From positions 76,577 through 140,576 of the forward strand of contig JAJZVA010000002.1 in NCBI GenBank assembly GCA_021845905.1: a DNA stretch of 64,000 nucleotides. Reading direction: 5' to 3'. Source of the DNA: Pseudomonadota bacterium (lineage in GTDB: Bacteria > Pseudomonadota > Alphaproteobacteria > Micavibrionales > UBA2020). Below are positions 50,156 through 58,795 of this stretch, in pieces; position 1 is the stretch's first letter, and every line of letters starts with the position of its first letter. The translations under genes and the position numbers were made by a program. Under the pieces are notes generated by a model. It had not been told where the DNA came from and made no database searches. It was given only the letters and a program-made list of their open reading frames with translations.

Positions 50156-51094
50156 ATGAACGGAATCAAAGCGACTCTCAGAATCGGCACAAGAAGCAGC
50201 CCGCTCGCGCTCGCGCAGGTGGATTTGCTGATCGGCGCGGTGCAGAAGGCGCATCCCGGCGTCGCGTTCGAGATCGTGAAGATCACCACCAGCGGCGACA
50301 GGATTCAGGACCGCGCGCTCAGCGAAGCGGGCGGCAAGGGCCTCTTCACCAAGGAGATCGAGGAGGCGCTTTTGGCGGGAACCATCGACTGCGCCGTCCA
50401 CTCGATGAAGGACATGCCGACGAAGCTGCCGGACGGCCTCGTCATTCCCTGCCTGTTGCCGCGCGAGGATCCGCGCGACGCGTTTTTCTCCCGCCATGGC
50501 GGGTCGCTCGACGATCTGCCCGAAGGATCCGTCGTCGGCACCTCGAGCCTGCGCCGTCAGGCGATCCTTCTCGCCCGCCGTCCGGATTTGAAGATCGCCC
50601 TGCTGCGCGGCAACGTCGGCACAAGATTGCGAAAGCTCGAAGAGGGCGTCGTCGATGCAACATTGCTCGCCGTCGCGGGCCTGAAGCGCCTCGGGCAGGA
50701 GCATCTGATCAGGAACATTCTCGAACCCGACGTGATGCTGCCCGCCGTGGCGCAGGGCGCGGTCGGCATCGAGGTGCGCGGGAACGATGCGCGCGCGCGG
50801 GAGATTCTCTCGTCGGTGCATTGCCATGTGACGGAGTTGCGCGTGACGGCGGAGCGGGCGTTTCTCGACGCGATGGACGGCTCTTGCAAGACGCCGCTCG
50901 CCGCGCTGTTGCAAGAGCCGGACGCGCAGGGCCGCGCGCGTTTCGACGTGCTGGTGGCGCGCCCCGACGGCAGCGACGTCAAGACCGCGTCCGTCATGGC
51001 GGAGGTGCCGGATGTGAAAGCGGCGGACGCGCTCGGGCGCAAGGCCGGACGCGATTTGAAAGCGCGTCTGCCGGAAGGCTATCTGGCGGCCTGA
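50156..51094 (+). CDS. hemC: hydroxymethylbilane synthase (porphobilinogen deaminase)
   Basis: 312 aa; ..LRIGTRSSPLALAQ.., ..TSGD.., ..AVHSMKDMPT.., ..GTSSLRRQ.., ..GSCKTP.. Confidence 0.95.
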   Translation: MNGIKATLRIGTRSSPLALAQVDLLIGAVQKAHPGVAFEIVKITTSGDRIQDRALSEAGGKGLFTKEIEEALLAGTIDCAVHSMKDMPTKLPDGLVIPCLLPREDPRDAFFSRHGGSLDDLPEGSVVGTSSLRRQAILLARRPDLKIALLRGNVGTRLRKLEEGVVDATLLAVAGLKRLGQEHLIRNILEPDVMLPAVAQGAVGIEVRGNDARAREILSSVHCHVTELRVTAERAFLDAMDGSCKTPLAALLQEPDAQGRARFDVLVARPDGSDVKTASVMAEVPDVKAADALGRKAGRDLKARLPEGYLAA

Positions 51095-51122
51095 GAAGCT
51101 GTTTTTATTCGAGAAGCCGTTT

Positions 51123-51593
51123 TCACTTTCCGCCGAGAGCGTCGAGCCTGTCTTTGGCCGCCCGCGCGATGGCGGCGTAGGGTTTGGCGTTGCCTGCCGC
51201 CCTGTGTTCCTGGGCTTTTTTGCTGGCGGCGTCGAAAAGATTGCCGAACGCACTGCGGGCGAGCGGCCGGAGTGCGCGTCGCATGTCATCCGGCAATTTT
51301 TCCGCCGCGTCTTCGGCGAAGGCCAGCGCGTCGCGCGCATTCTGCACGGCGCCGGTTTGCGCGCAGGCCTCGGCGGCGGCGCAGGCGGCTTTGAAAATGC
51401 GCGGCAGCGCCTCTTTCTCGGCAGTCATGATCCGTTCGGAGGCGGTGAAATGCAATCCGAATTCCGGGATGCTTTCGGCGCTGGCGAGGATCGCCGCGGA
51501 CAGGCTGATATGGCCCTGCTCGGCGGCGTCTGCGGAGCGGTTCAGAAGCTCTCTCACCGTATCCACAAGCATGTCGTTTCTGGTCGTTTTCAT
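51123..51593 (-). CDS. hypothetical all-alpha (Ala-rich) protein
   Basis: 156-aa ORF convergent on hemC; AT-rich upstream region 51594-51745; no motif recognised. Confidence 0.45.
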   Translation of the reverse strand: MKTTRNDMLVDTVRELLNRSADAAEQGHISLSAAILASAESIPEFGLHFTASERIMTAEKEALPRIFKAACAAAEACAQTGAVQNARDALAFAEDAAEKLPDDMRRALRPLARSAFGNLFDAASKKAQEHRAAGNAKPYAAIARAAKDRLDALGGK

Positions 51594-51745
51594 GGCGTCT
51601 CTCCTTAAAATGCATTGCGCGGGTGTGCGTGCATGTAATTTAACATATTAATTAAATTTGCAAAATAAATAATTTATTATTTATATATATCAATGGAATA
51701 TATTTTCTCCGTGGAGCAAATCTTTACAACGCGCGACGCGCTTTT

Positions 51746-52390
51746 TTAAAGATGCGGCTTTCCGGCGGACGGCGCGGCGGCGGATTTTTCCCGCAACTGC
51801 GCTTCAATCCGCGCCAGGGTTTTCGGCGCGAGCGCCCAGCCGGGAGATGACGCGGCGTTGAAGGTGGCGCATAAGTTTTTATAAGCTTCCGTCTCCACCA
51901 TGGAGGTGTAAGGGCGATGGCCTTCCGCCGCGCAGGCGAGAAAATAGGCGATGTCGTCAGGGTTAAAGCCGCTCGCGACGCCCTGAATCAGAGTGTAATG
52001 CGCGTAAGGGTCTTTTTGCGTGTCGCAGTTTATCGCGCCAAGGTCGGGATTGCGCGCCACAAGCGCGCAGGCGACTTCCGCCATGCGGCGGCTGAAGCTG
52101 TCGCGCGAGATGTCATTGCGATGGCGCATAAGCAAGGCATATGTTTCGAGATCCTGTGGAGATACGCTCTCCGGCAGGATGTAATGCCGCGCGATGCCTG
52201 AAAGGCCATGGCGTTTCTCAAAAATTGCGGCGGGCTGATGAAAGCGGATGTCCGAAATCTTCAACGTTACCGCCGTGAGTGGCGGCAGGACTTCACTGTA
52301 GGAAAGGCCTGTTTTCGCGTCGACGCAAGACATTCCGCGTCTTTTGAAATAAGCGAGCGTTGCGGAGATGTCGCGGGCGATGTTGTCCAT
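51746..52390 (-). CDS. hypothetical protein
   Basis: 214-aa ORF divergent from the deamidase-like gene; no motif recognised. Confidence 0.5.
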   Translation of the reverse strand: MDNIARDISATLAYFKRRGMSCVDAKTGLSYSEVLPPLTAVTLKISDIRFHQPAAIFEKRHGLSGIARHYILPESVSPQDLETYALLMRHRNDISRDSFSRRMAEVACALVARNPDLGAINCDTQKDPYAHYTLIQGVASGFNPDDIAYFLACAAEGHRPYTSMVETEAYKNLCATFNAASSPGWALAPKTLARIEAQLREKSAAAPSAGKPHL

Positions 52391-52540
52391 GTGGAAGAAA
52401 ATCCTTTGATATTTAATTTACGAAATACTGAAAAATAAGCAAGTGAAAACGGAAATATCATTATTATTCAGCTGGATAATATTTACCTATCCTGCGGTTG
52501 GAAACAAATTCCGCTATCAAGGTCGGCGCTGAAAAATCTC

Positions 52541-52573
52541 TTGAAAATAAATCAATTTGACATATAATGTCAA
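52541..52573 (+). promoter_or_regulatory. near-consensus promoter TTGAAA-16-TATAAT overlapped by a perfect 17-bp palindrome (candidate operator)
   Basis: TTGAAA 52541-52546; TATAAT 52563-52568; palindrome TTGACAT-ATA-ATGTCAA 52557-52573; ATG of downstream gene at 52589. Confidence 0.5.
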
Positions 52574-52588
52574 ATACGGAGCTGGCAG

Positions 52589-53344
52589 ATGGCAGAAGAT
52601 TTGGACAACGTTTTAGATTCGGACAACGCTTTCGACCCGAAAGCCTTCGGCGGGCATTTGAAGGGATACTTTCAGGACAATGCCTGCCGCGCCCTGTCTT
52701 TCTTCGACGCGATGGCGCTTTTCGACCGGCTGGCCGACCGCCCCGACATCGCTTTCGGTTATGTCCGCGATGGATGCTACGCCCGCGCGCATCTGATGTG
52801 CCTTGAGATGGAGGCGCAAGGTTTGGCGCCGCTCAAGGCGTGGGCGCTTGAATATATCTATAAAGGCAACCCTCCGCCCGTCACGATGCCGAATGGAAAG
52901 ATTGCGCGGTGGGACTGGCACGTCGCGCCCGCCCTGCCGGTGCGCATGGCGGAGGGCGATGTGCGGATGATGGTGTTCGATCCCGGTCTGTTCGACGGGC
53001 CGGTGCCGCCCGAGGAGTGGGCGCGGCTCATTCACGTCACGTCTGAAAAGATCAAAATTCTCCCGTTCGGCGCGCCGCCGCTGGATGACAACGGAGATTA
53101 TATCCCCGACAACTCTTCTTTTACGCATCGGGAAGACATTCTCGACCATGCCCGCGCCACGATGGAAAAATACCTTTCTTTCCAGACCGCGCCGCGGCGC
53201 ACCGTCTTTGCTTCGGCGGCGCGGAAACAGGCGTGCGATCAAAAGCCGATGTCTTTCTCGATGCAGGGCAAAACCTGGGTTTCTCTGGACGCCACGGCGA
53301 CAGGGCCCGCCGTCTCGCCGCATCTTCCGCCGTGCGGGCCTTGA
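52589..53344 (+). CDS. protein-glutamine glutaminase-like papain-fold deamidase (Cys-His-Asp), no signal peptide
   Basis: 251 aa; ..RDGCYARAHLM.. (Cys), ..ARWDWHVAPAL.. (His), ..MMVFDPGLFDGPV.. (Asp) match, as I recall it, the C-x-x-RAH-x-M / W-x-YHVA / IDPSLF-x-GPV blocks of Chryseobacterium protein-glutaminase. Confidence 0.65.
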   Translation: MAEDLDNVLDSDNAFDPKAFGGHLKGYFQDNACRALSFFDAMALFDRLADRPDIAFGYVRDGCYARAHLMCLEMEAQGLAPLKAWALEYIYKGNPPPVTMPNGKIARWDWHVAPALPVRMAEGDVRMMVFDPGLFDGPVPPEEWARLIHVTSEKIKILPFGAPPLDDNGDYIPDNSSFTHREDILDHARATMEKYLSFQTAPRRTVFASAARKQACDQKPMSFSMQGKTWVSLDATATGPAVSPHLPPCGP

Positions 53345-53355
53345 GGGAGACGCGC

Positions 53356-53571
53356 ATGAAAACGCTCCGCTCGCAAAGCCGCGTCAGGCGCATCATTGAA
53401 GAAAACGGCGCGTTCCTCGTCGCCTTCGTCATGCACGACGGACTTTTCACCGTGCCGCCGGATTCGCCCGATGTTGCGGCCATGCGCGCGCGGATCCTGC
53501 AAGCGCAGCGCGAAAACGCGGAGGTGTCGTTCGAATACGACAGCGATCTCAATATTGTCGGGTTGTTGTGA
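53356..53571 (+). CDS. small hypothetical protein tightly linked to the deamidase-like gene (candidate inhibitor, immunity protein or chaperone)
   Basis: 71 aa from ATG 53356, 11 nt after the upstream stop, RBS gaggga; MKTLRSQSRVRRIIEENGAFLVAFVMHDGLFTVPPDSPDV.. Confidence 0.5.
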   Translation: MKTLRSQSRVRRIIEENGAFLVAFVMHDGLFTVPPDSPDVAAMRARILQAQRENAEVSFEYDSDLNIVGLL

Positions 53572-53637
53572 GCGCGCACAGCTTCTGTTATAATGCCGCG
53601 AGAAGAAGATATTTCACCGGGGTTCCAGAAAACATCC

Positions 53638-55617
53638 ATGCGCACGGTTCTCGTTACACGCCCGCAGCCGGTCGCGGATGAATTGGCCGAAAGAATCCGC
53701 GCGGGCGGGCATCGGGCCTATGTCGCGCCGATGATGGAATATGTCGCCGTCGCCGCCGCTTTCCCCGATCTTGCCGGTTATCAGGCGCTGATCTTCACCA
53801 GCAGGGAGGGCGTGCGGCATTTTTGCGACATGTCGGCGGCGCGGGACCTGCCCGTGCTCGCCGTCGGCGACGCGACTGCCGCCGCCGCCGCGCAGGCGGG
53901 CTTCGCGCGCATCTTTTCCGCCAAGGGCAACGGCGCCGCCGTCGCCGCGCTGGCGAAAGAGGAAGCGCCCGGGCTGGGCCTCAAAAAGATCCTCCATCCC
54001 TGCAGCGCCGACACGCCGGATGACATTTCCGCCGCGCTCGAAAGCGCGGGCGTCGCCGTCGTGCGCCGCCCCGTCTACAAGGCGGCGCTGACGGAAAAAT
54101 TCCCCGCCGAAGCGGCCGCCGCGCTCCGCGCCGGCCTTGTCGACACGGTCATGCTCTTTTCCACCCGCACGGCGGTCAATTTCGTCCGTCTGCTGCGTCA
54201 GAACGGCCTTGACGGACAAAGCCCGGAGATGGAGGCGATTTGCATCAGCAAGGCCGTTGCGGAGCCGCTTCACGCCCTGCGCTGGCGCGGCGTGCGCGTC
54301 GCGTCAAAGCCGCAGCTCGGCGCGGTGATGCAGGCGCTTGCCGCGGCCGACAAGGCCGACCCCGCCGACCGCCGCCGCAAGACCGACCGCCGCGCGCGTG
54401 ACGCGCAACATGACGCCGACGGCAATATCATCGCCAAAGGCTATGCCGGGCCCGACCGCCGCCGCGCCGCGCGCCGCGCGCACGAGCAAATGCAAAGACA
54501 GCGCATCTGGCAGGAGAAGATGAAATTCGTCAACCGCTCGATGCTGACCTTCGCCTTCATGTTCGCCGCCATCGTCCTCGCCGGGGTTTTCCTCATGGCG
54601 CCGGAATACGCGCGCATCGACCATGTGCCGCTGGCGGGCGGCGGGCAGTCGGTGATGGGGCGGATCGGCGGGATGGTCGGCCATGGCCTCGACACGGTTG
54701 AGAGCGCGGTCGGGCTTTCGCCCGCGCAACCTGCCGCGCCGCCGCCGAAGGATTACACCCAGGTGCTCTACAATCTTTCCGTCCTGCGGCGGCAGGATGG
54801 CGACGCGGCGGCGGAGCGGGCGCTCGCCCGCCTGCAGGCGGCGATGGCCGCGCCCGACGTGCAGACGCCGCAGGACATCGCCCGCGTCGTCGCCGGCCAG
54901 CGTCGGCAAAGCGGCGCGCTCAACAGCCTGTTCGGCTCTCTTGGCGGAGACGACGTCGCGGCGGGCGCGATGCTGCTCGCGCTCAACGAGTTCAGGGGCG
55001 ACGTCAACAGTGGACGCCCTTATGCCGAGGATCTTGCCGTCCTGCAGAAATTCACCGGCAACGACCCGCGCATGAACCGCGCGCTCAGCCGCCTTGCGCC
55101 CTATGCCGCGACCGGCGTGCTCAACCGCCGCGCGCTGCAGGCGGAACTCGGCGGACTGCTGGTCGACGTCATCAAGGCGGAGATGACGGGGCAGGACATT
55201 TCCGTTCAGCAGGACGCGCAGGCGCGCTATGCGCGGCTGGTGAAGGCGGGCAATCTCGCCGCCGTGCAGGGGAGTTCATCCGCCGCGACCGTGGCGCGGG
55301 CGCAGATTTTGCTCGACGAGGGCAACGTCGCCGGCGCGACCGAGCTGCTTGAAACGCTGCAAGGCCCCGCCGCGGGCGTGGTGCAGCCGTGGATGCAGCA
55401 GGCGACGGCCTACAACGCCACCAGCACTGCGGGCGACAGCCTTACGCAAGGCATTCTTTATAATCTCTCGTCGGTGGGGACGACCTCGGCGCAGACGGTG
55501 ATGGAGGAAATCAAGGAGAGCCTCGGCATGGCGACCGTGCCCTACGTGTCGCCGGCCTTGACCGTCGGCCAGCGCGGCGGCGGCGATACCGTCGCGCCGA
55601 CGTCGCTTTTCCCCTGA
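53638..55617 (+). CDS. hemD: uroporphyrinogen-III synthase (HemD) fused in frame to a membrane-anchored Mic60/mitofilin-like (HemX-like) region
   Basis: 659 aa from ATG 53638; N-terminal ~240 aa HemD-like (..VLVTRPQP..IFTSREGV..); Arg-rich linker; TM MLTFAFMFAAIVLAGVFLMA; C-terminus ..ARAQILLDEGNVAGATELLETLQGPAAGVVQPWMQQA.. Confidence 0.75.
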   Translation: MRTVLVTRPQPVADELAERIRAGGHRAYVAPMMEYVAVAAAFPDLAGYQALIFTSREGVRHFCDMSAARDLPVLAVGDATAAAAAQAGFARIFSAKGNGAAVAALAKEEAPGLGLKKILHPCSADTPDDISAALESAGVAVVRRPVYKAALTEKFPAEAAAALRAGLVDTVMLFSTRTAVNFVRLLRQNGLDGQSPEMEAICISKAVAEPLHALRWRGVRVASKPQLGAVMQALAAADKADPADRRRKTDRRARDAQHDADGNIIAKGYAGPDRRRAARRAHEQMQRQRIWQEKMKFVNRSMLTFAFMFAAIVLAGVFLMAPEYARIDHVPLAGGGQSVMGRIGGMVGHGLDTVESAVGLSPAQPAAPPPKDYTQVLYNLSVLRRQDGDAAAERALARLQAAMAAPDVQTPQDIARVVAGQRRQSGALNSLFGSLGGDDVAAGAMLLALNEFRGDVNSGRPYAEDLAVLQKFTGNDPRMNRALSRLAPYAATGVLNRRALQAELGGLLVDVIKAEMTGQDISVQQDAQARYARLVKAGNLAAVQGSSSAATVARAQILLDEGNVAGATELLETLQGPAAGVVQPWMQQATAYNATSTAGDSLTQGILYNLSSVGTTSAQTVMEEIKESLGMATVPYVSPALTVGQRGGGDTVAPTSLFP

Positions 55618-55642
55618 TGGCGGCGCCGCGGTTTGTCGTTCT

Positions 55643-56428
55643 TCAGCGCGGGGGCTTGATCCGCACCGCCGGTTTCGATTTTCGCGCGGCGGCGCGCAAG
55701 GCTTCGGTGCGGCGGGCGATCTCTCCGGCCGTTCCGGCGGACGGAGCTGTTTCCGGCGGGCGGTCTTTCTCTGCCATCTGCGGGATGGCGCACCCGTAAA
55801 TCTCGATCTTCTCGCAGTTGGCGCTTCCGAAGTTGTTGTTCCTCGCGTAGTCGAGCGCGACGGAGAAATCCGCGCCGCCGGCGCACAGCAGCTTCAGCGT
55901 CGCGACGGACTGGCAGGCCGTCACCGCATGGGCGAGGATGCAACCCGCCGCGCGGTCGCCGACGGCGGCGTTGGGATTGGCGCCCAGATCCAGCAATACC
56001 CCGGTCAGGGTCTCCGCCATGAAATGCGATATCATCGCGGAGAGAAGCGCGGCATCGAGCGTCTGCTGTCTTTTCGCGGCGGGCACGGCGGCGAGCGCGA
56101 CGCGCGCGGCTGCCAAAGGATCGGCGGGCGCCGGATAGTGGGATCCGGCGCACAGCAGGTCCCCCAGTTCATGGCCGACGTTGATCTTGATTTCCTCGTG
56201 CATGTTGCCGTAGACGGCGTTGAGAAAATGAAACTTGAGCGGTTCCGCCAGCAGCGTCTGGATGTTCTCAGGCCGCCCCTGATGGAAGGCGGCGCGCGCG
56301 CCGAGCTTCAGCATCATGATTTTGTCGTAGGGTTTTTCTTCCGCTTTCAGCGCGGCATAGGCCGCCTCGAAATCGGCCTTTGTGCCGTCGCGGCCGAGCT
56401 CGAAATAATATTGTCCGTCTTGCGCCAT
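55643..56428 (-). CDS. ankyrin-like hypothetical protein, paralog B1
   Basis: 261 aa; ..GVLLDLGANPNAAVGDRAAGCILAHAVTACQSVATLKLLCAGGADFSVAL..; tail ..AAARKSKPAVRIKPPR. Confidence 0.6.
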   Translation of the reverse strand: MAQDGQYYFELGRDGTKADFEAAYAALKAEEKPYDKIMMLKLGARAAFHQGRPENIQTLLAEPLKFHFLNAVYGNMHEEIKINVGHELGDLLCAGSHYPAPADPLAAARVALAAVPAAKRQQTLDAALLSAMISHFMAETLTGVLLDLGANPNAAVGDRAAGCILAHAVTACQSVATLKLLCAGGADFSVALDYARNNNFGSANCEKIEIYGCAIPQMAEKDRPPETAPSAGTAGEIARRTEALRAAARKSKPAVRIKPPR

Positions 56429-56437
56429 GCCGTGCTC

Positions 56438-57280
56438 CTATTTCCGCGGGCGGCGGGCAACGGGCCGCTTGTTGCGCGCGGCATGGAGCCGGCGGACGTG
56501 CGGTTTTTCAGGCGGCTGTTTCGCCGCGGGCGCGTTCGCCCTGATCTCCGATTCCAGAGCGTCGACCCGTTTCGTCAGTTCAAAAAGGTTCTCCGCCAGC
56601 GCGATGATCAGTTCATCCTTCCTTTGCGCGTCGGGATCGTCGGCGGGCGGGGTTACTTTTTGGCGGTAGTCCTCCAGCCTGTCGCGGAAATTCTCGGCCA
56701 GACCGTGTCTAACCATGTAATCTTCCGCCGCCGCGAAATCGCCGCCATGGGTAGAGAGAAGCTTGATGACGGTGCGCGGCAGATTGTTGCGGACGGCAGC
56801 CGTCATGGCGAGACCTGCTTCGATCGTCTTGCTGTTGGCGTCCGCACCCGCGGCGAGCAGAGCGCCGATGAACGTTTCCCCGTATTTTGCTTCAATGGCG
56901 TCGACCAGCGCTTTATCGAGCACGTCCTGCATTTTATATGGGGGCACTTTTTCGAGCGCCAGCTTCACCATCGCTTCAGGTTCCTTGCTTCCGTCCGAGA
57001 GAAAGTAGAGCTGTAGCATGACGTTGATTCTCATTTCAAAAGGCCAGGAGTCCCGATCGTCTGCATAATAGAAGTACGCGAATTCTTCCGGAGCGCCGAG
57101 CACGGTTTGCATTTTCTCCGGTCTGCCGGCGTAAAAAGCCGCGGCTGCGCCGTCAAAAAGCAGGTTTATCTCATTGCGCGGGTCGTGTTTGTTTTTGAGT
57201 TTTTTGAAGGTTTTCTCGAACTCTTCGAGCGTGCATTCGCGTCCCAGCGTGCGGTAATCCGTTTTTCTGCCGAAGATCAT
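56438..57280 (-). CDS. ankyrin-like hypothetical protein, paralog B2
   Basis: 280 aa; RBS aggag; shares ..AAF(Y/H).GRPE..QT.L..P..F.., LDKAL/LDAAL and ..LL..GA(D/N).N.. blocks with B1; tail ..HVRRLHAARNKRPVARRPRK. Confidence 0.6.
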   Translation of the reverse strand: MIFGRKTDYRTLGRECTLEEFEKTFKKLKNKHDPRNEINLLFDGAAAAFYAGRPEKMQTVLGAPEEFAYFYYADDRDSWPFEMRINVMLQLYFLSDGSKEPEAMVKLALEKVPPYKMQDVLDKALVDAIEAKYGETFIGALLAAGADANSKTIEAGLAMTAAVRNNLPRTVIKLLSTHGGDFAAAEDYMVRHGLAENFRDRLEDYRQKVTPPADDPDAQRKDELIIALAENLFELTKRVDALESEIRANAPAAKQPPEKPHVRRLHAARNKRPVARRPRK

Positions 57281-57368
57281 GCGATTCTCTCCTATGAAAA
57301 TGAGTTATTTCATTAACATAAGGAAAATGATGACGCAACGCTTATATAAATTCTTTTTTATCAAAGCC

Positions 57369-58064
57369 TTATATGGCGCGCGTGCCGAGCCTGAGGCAGG
57401 GCTTGAACAGGAGCAGCCCGGCGACGAACCCGCCGATATGCGCCGTCCAGGCGATCGGGCTGTTGACGCCGGGCATGCCGAAGATGCCGAAAAACGCCGC
57501 GCCGCCGATCCACAGCAGGATCACCGGCAGCAGGGTTTTGTAACGCGGTTTCTTTTCGCCGCCCATCAGCCCCGCGTCCGCCATGATCAGCAGGATGCCG
57601 CCGAAAAGCCCGCTGATCGCGCCCGACGCGCCGATCACCGGCACGGTTCCGGCGGGATAGAAAAGCGCGTGGGTCAGCGCCGCGGCAAGGCCGGTGAGAA
57701 CATAGAAAACCAGCATGCGCGCCGCGGCCAGCGTCTTGCCCGCGCCCATGCCCATGGCTTTTTCCACGCCCGCGCCGAAAGCCATCAGCGCGGTGACGTT
57801 GATGCCGATATGCAGCCAGCCGCCGTGCAGGAACATGTAGGTGAAGGGCGAGAGAAACGCCGCCGCGCCGAGCGGCGCAGGCCCCGTGTAGCGCGCCGGG
57901 ATGAAGCCGAAAAACGTCACCCACCGGTCGGCGACCTGCGTCGGCAACGAGATTTCAAGCAAAAAGACGGCGATGTTGGCAAGGCAGAGCGCCTGCGTCA
58001 CAGGCGGAAGGTTGAAGATGGGTTCTTTCGCCTGCGGGGCGGGCGTCTCCGGAACGTCTGTCAT
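57369..58064 (-). CDS. rhomboid-family intramembrane serine protease
   Basis: 231 aa from ATG 58064; ..YMFLHGGWLHIGINV.. and catalytic GASGAISGLFG. Confidence 0.88.
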   Translation of the reverse strand: MTDVPETPAPQAKEPIFNLPPVTQALCLANIAVFLLEISLPTQVADRWVTFFGFIPARYTGPAPLGAAAFLSPFTYMFLHGGWLHIGINVTALMAFGAGVEKAMGMGAGKTLAAARMLVFYVLTGLAAALTHALFYPAGTVPVIGASGAISGLFGGILLIMADAGLMGGEKKPRYKTLLPVILLWIGGAAFFGIFGMPGVNSPIAWTAHIGGFVAGLLLFKPCLRLGTRAI

Positions 58065-58103
58065 GATGGGCGAAAGTATGCCAGCGCGCCGGAGAGAATG
58101 CAA

Positions 58104-58751
58104 TCAGGCGTGGCCCGCCTCGAAGGACAGCGCCATCGGGTCGACGCCGATCTTGGCCAGCGCGTGGCGCCATTTGTCGGCGAGCGCGTCGTGGAAAACC
58201 AGATCGTCGTCGGCGGGCACGGTCAGCCAGTTGTTGGCGGCGATCTCGGCGTCGAGCTGGCCCGGGCCCCACCCGGCGTAGCCGAGCGCGAAAAGGCTTT
58301 TCTCGGGGCCTTCGCCTTCCGAGATGGCGCGCAGGATATCGACCGTGCCGGTGATGCCCATGCCGCGGTTGAGACGGATGGTGTCGTCGCGCATGAAATC
58401 GGTCGAGTGCAGCACGAAGCCGCGTCCCTGCTCGACGGGCCCGCCGAAATGGACGATGGGATTGCGGCGCGCGGGGTCGAGCTCTATCCTGTCATGCGGC
58501 AGGTTCAGCTGGTCGAGCAGATCGGAGAACTCAAGCTCCGGCACGCGCTGGTTGATGACGATGCCCATGGCGCCCGACGCGCTGTGGGTGCAGACATAGA
58601 TGACGCTCTTGCTGAAAACGTCGCCGCGCAACAGCGGCGTCGCCACCAGCAACATGTTGCGCAACGGGCTTTGCTCTTCTTTGGCCGGGCGCGGCGGTTC
58701 CAGATTTTGCGGCGCACGGGGATCTTGGTTTTTCTGCGTCATATCTTTCAT
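58104..58751 (-). CDS. YqgE/AlgH-family protein (UPF0301)
   Basis: 215 aa; ..LLVATPLLRGDVFSKSVIYVCTHSASGAMGIVINQ.., ..GYAGWGPGQLDAEI..NWL.. Confidence 0.85.
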   Translation of the reverse strand: MKDMTQKNQDPRAPQNLEPPRPAKEEQSPLRNMLLVATPLLRGDVFSKSVIYVCTHSASGAMGIVINQRVPELEFSDLLDQLNLPHDRIELDPARRNPIVHFGGPVEQGRGFVLHSTDFMRDDTIRLNRGMGITGTVDILRAISEGEGPEKSLFALGYAGWGPGQLDAEIAANNWLTVPADDDLVFHDALADKWRHALAKIGVDPMALSFEAGHA

Positions 58752-58795
58752 TTTACCCCGGAAATCCTGAAGGAGCCGTGAACGGGCGGGTATTT

